A stretch of 64,000 nucleotides of DNA, taken from Squalus acanthias. Lineage: Eukaryota. Where the stretch lies: the NCBI GenBank assembly GCA_030390025.1, contig CM059433.1, forward strand, positions 17,734,001-17,798,000, read 5' to 3'. Below the pieces are notes generated by a model. It worked only from the letters and a program-made list of their open reading frames with translations. It made no database searches and had not been told where the DNA came from. The first letter of the stretch is position 1. The number at the start of each line of letters is the position of its first letter. Shown here piece by piece: positions 63,431 through 64,000 of the stretch. The position numbers were made by a program, and so were the translations under genes.

Positions 63431-64000
63431 GGCCTCAGTGAAATTTCCAGGGTCAGGAGGAATTAACCTGAAAATGGAAGGCACCCGTGGCACTAGAGAC
63501 GCATCAATAATTCCTGATATATAAAAGAATCACCCCAAAAACAACACAGAGCTCCCTCCAGCAGCCCCCCCTGTTATGTCTGGACTGAACTACCCCCAGC
63601 GCGCTCCATGTTGAAGACCATGTTTGGGGGGCTCACACCCCAACATGCCATGAGGAAACTTTGGCACTCAACAGGGACCAGCGTATCCAGGTCTTGGCCT
63701 AGTCTCTGGTCATTCCAGCATACGCCTGCTGAAGTTACAGTGGGAGTATGCTGGATCACCCATGGATACAATTACAGGAGTAGCAGGCAGCAATAGAGAA
63801 TTTATCGCTGCAAATGAAAGGCAATACCAATCAGCATTAGGACCCATTAGCAAGCCCTTAACTAGTATCATTGAGTAATGGCCATTAAAATAGCACTGTA
63901 AATTGGACCCGATCATTTTTTGCCCCACAAACATGGATTGGATGAAACCACAATCTAACACTTGTAGTGTTTTTCCCCTAAGTCTCCACCTCTTTTAATG

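Overview
Vertebrate genomic DNA. The repeat content (DeuSINE/SacSINE1-like SINEs, several CR1 subfamilies, L2-type tails, Penelope, RTE, Vingi) points to a cartilaginous fish, probably a shark. No intact host protein-coding gene could be identified; the window looks intronic or intergenic, and almost all ORFs in the track are TE remnants or spurious. Main content: (i) about 15 PIF/Harbinger-type insertions (MITEs, internal-deletion derivatives with Myb/SANT-partner exons, and a decayed DDE transposase), many with GG..GAAATT-type termini and 3-bp A/T-rich TSDs; (ii) three unrelated solo LTRs with 4-bp TSDs, all apparently on the minus strand; (iii) many nested CR1 pieces, including a near full-length copy; (iv) Penelope pieces carrying hammerhead-ribozyme cores; (v) a young RTE 3' end. 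Structures the ordinary TE annotation does not explain: a perfect 51-bp-arm hairpin at 33.7-33.9 kb, a 115-bp inverted-repeat pair at 50.4/51.9 kb, and a diverged ~285-bp direct-repeat pair at 49.9/52.0 kb that keeps splice-acceptor-like and codon-like conservation. Family names come from recalled consensus features, not database searches.
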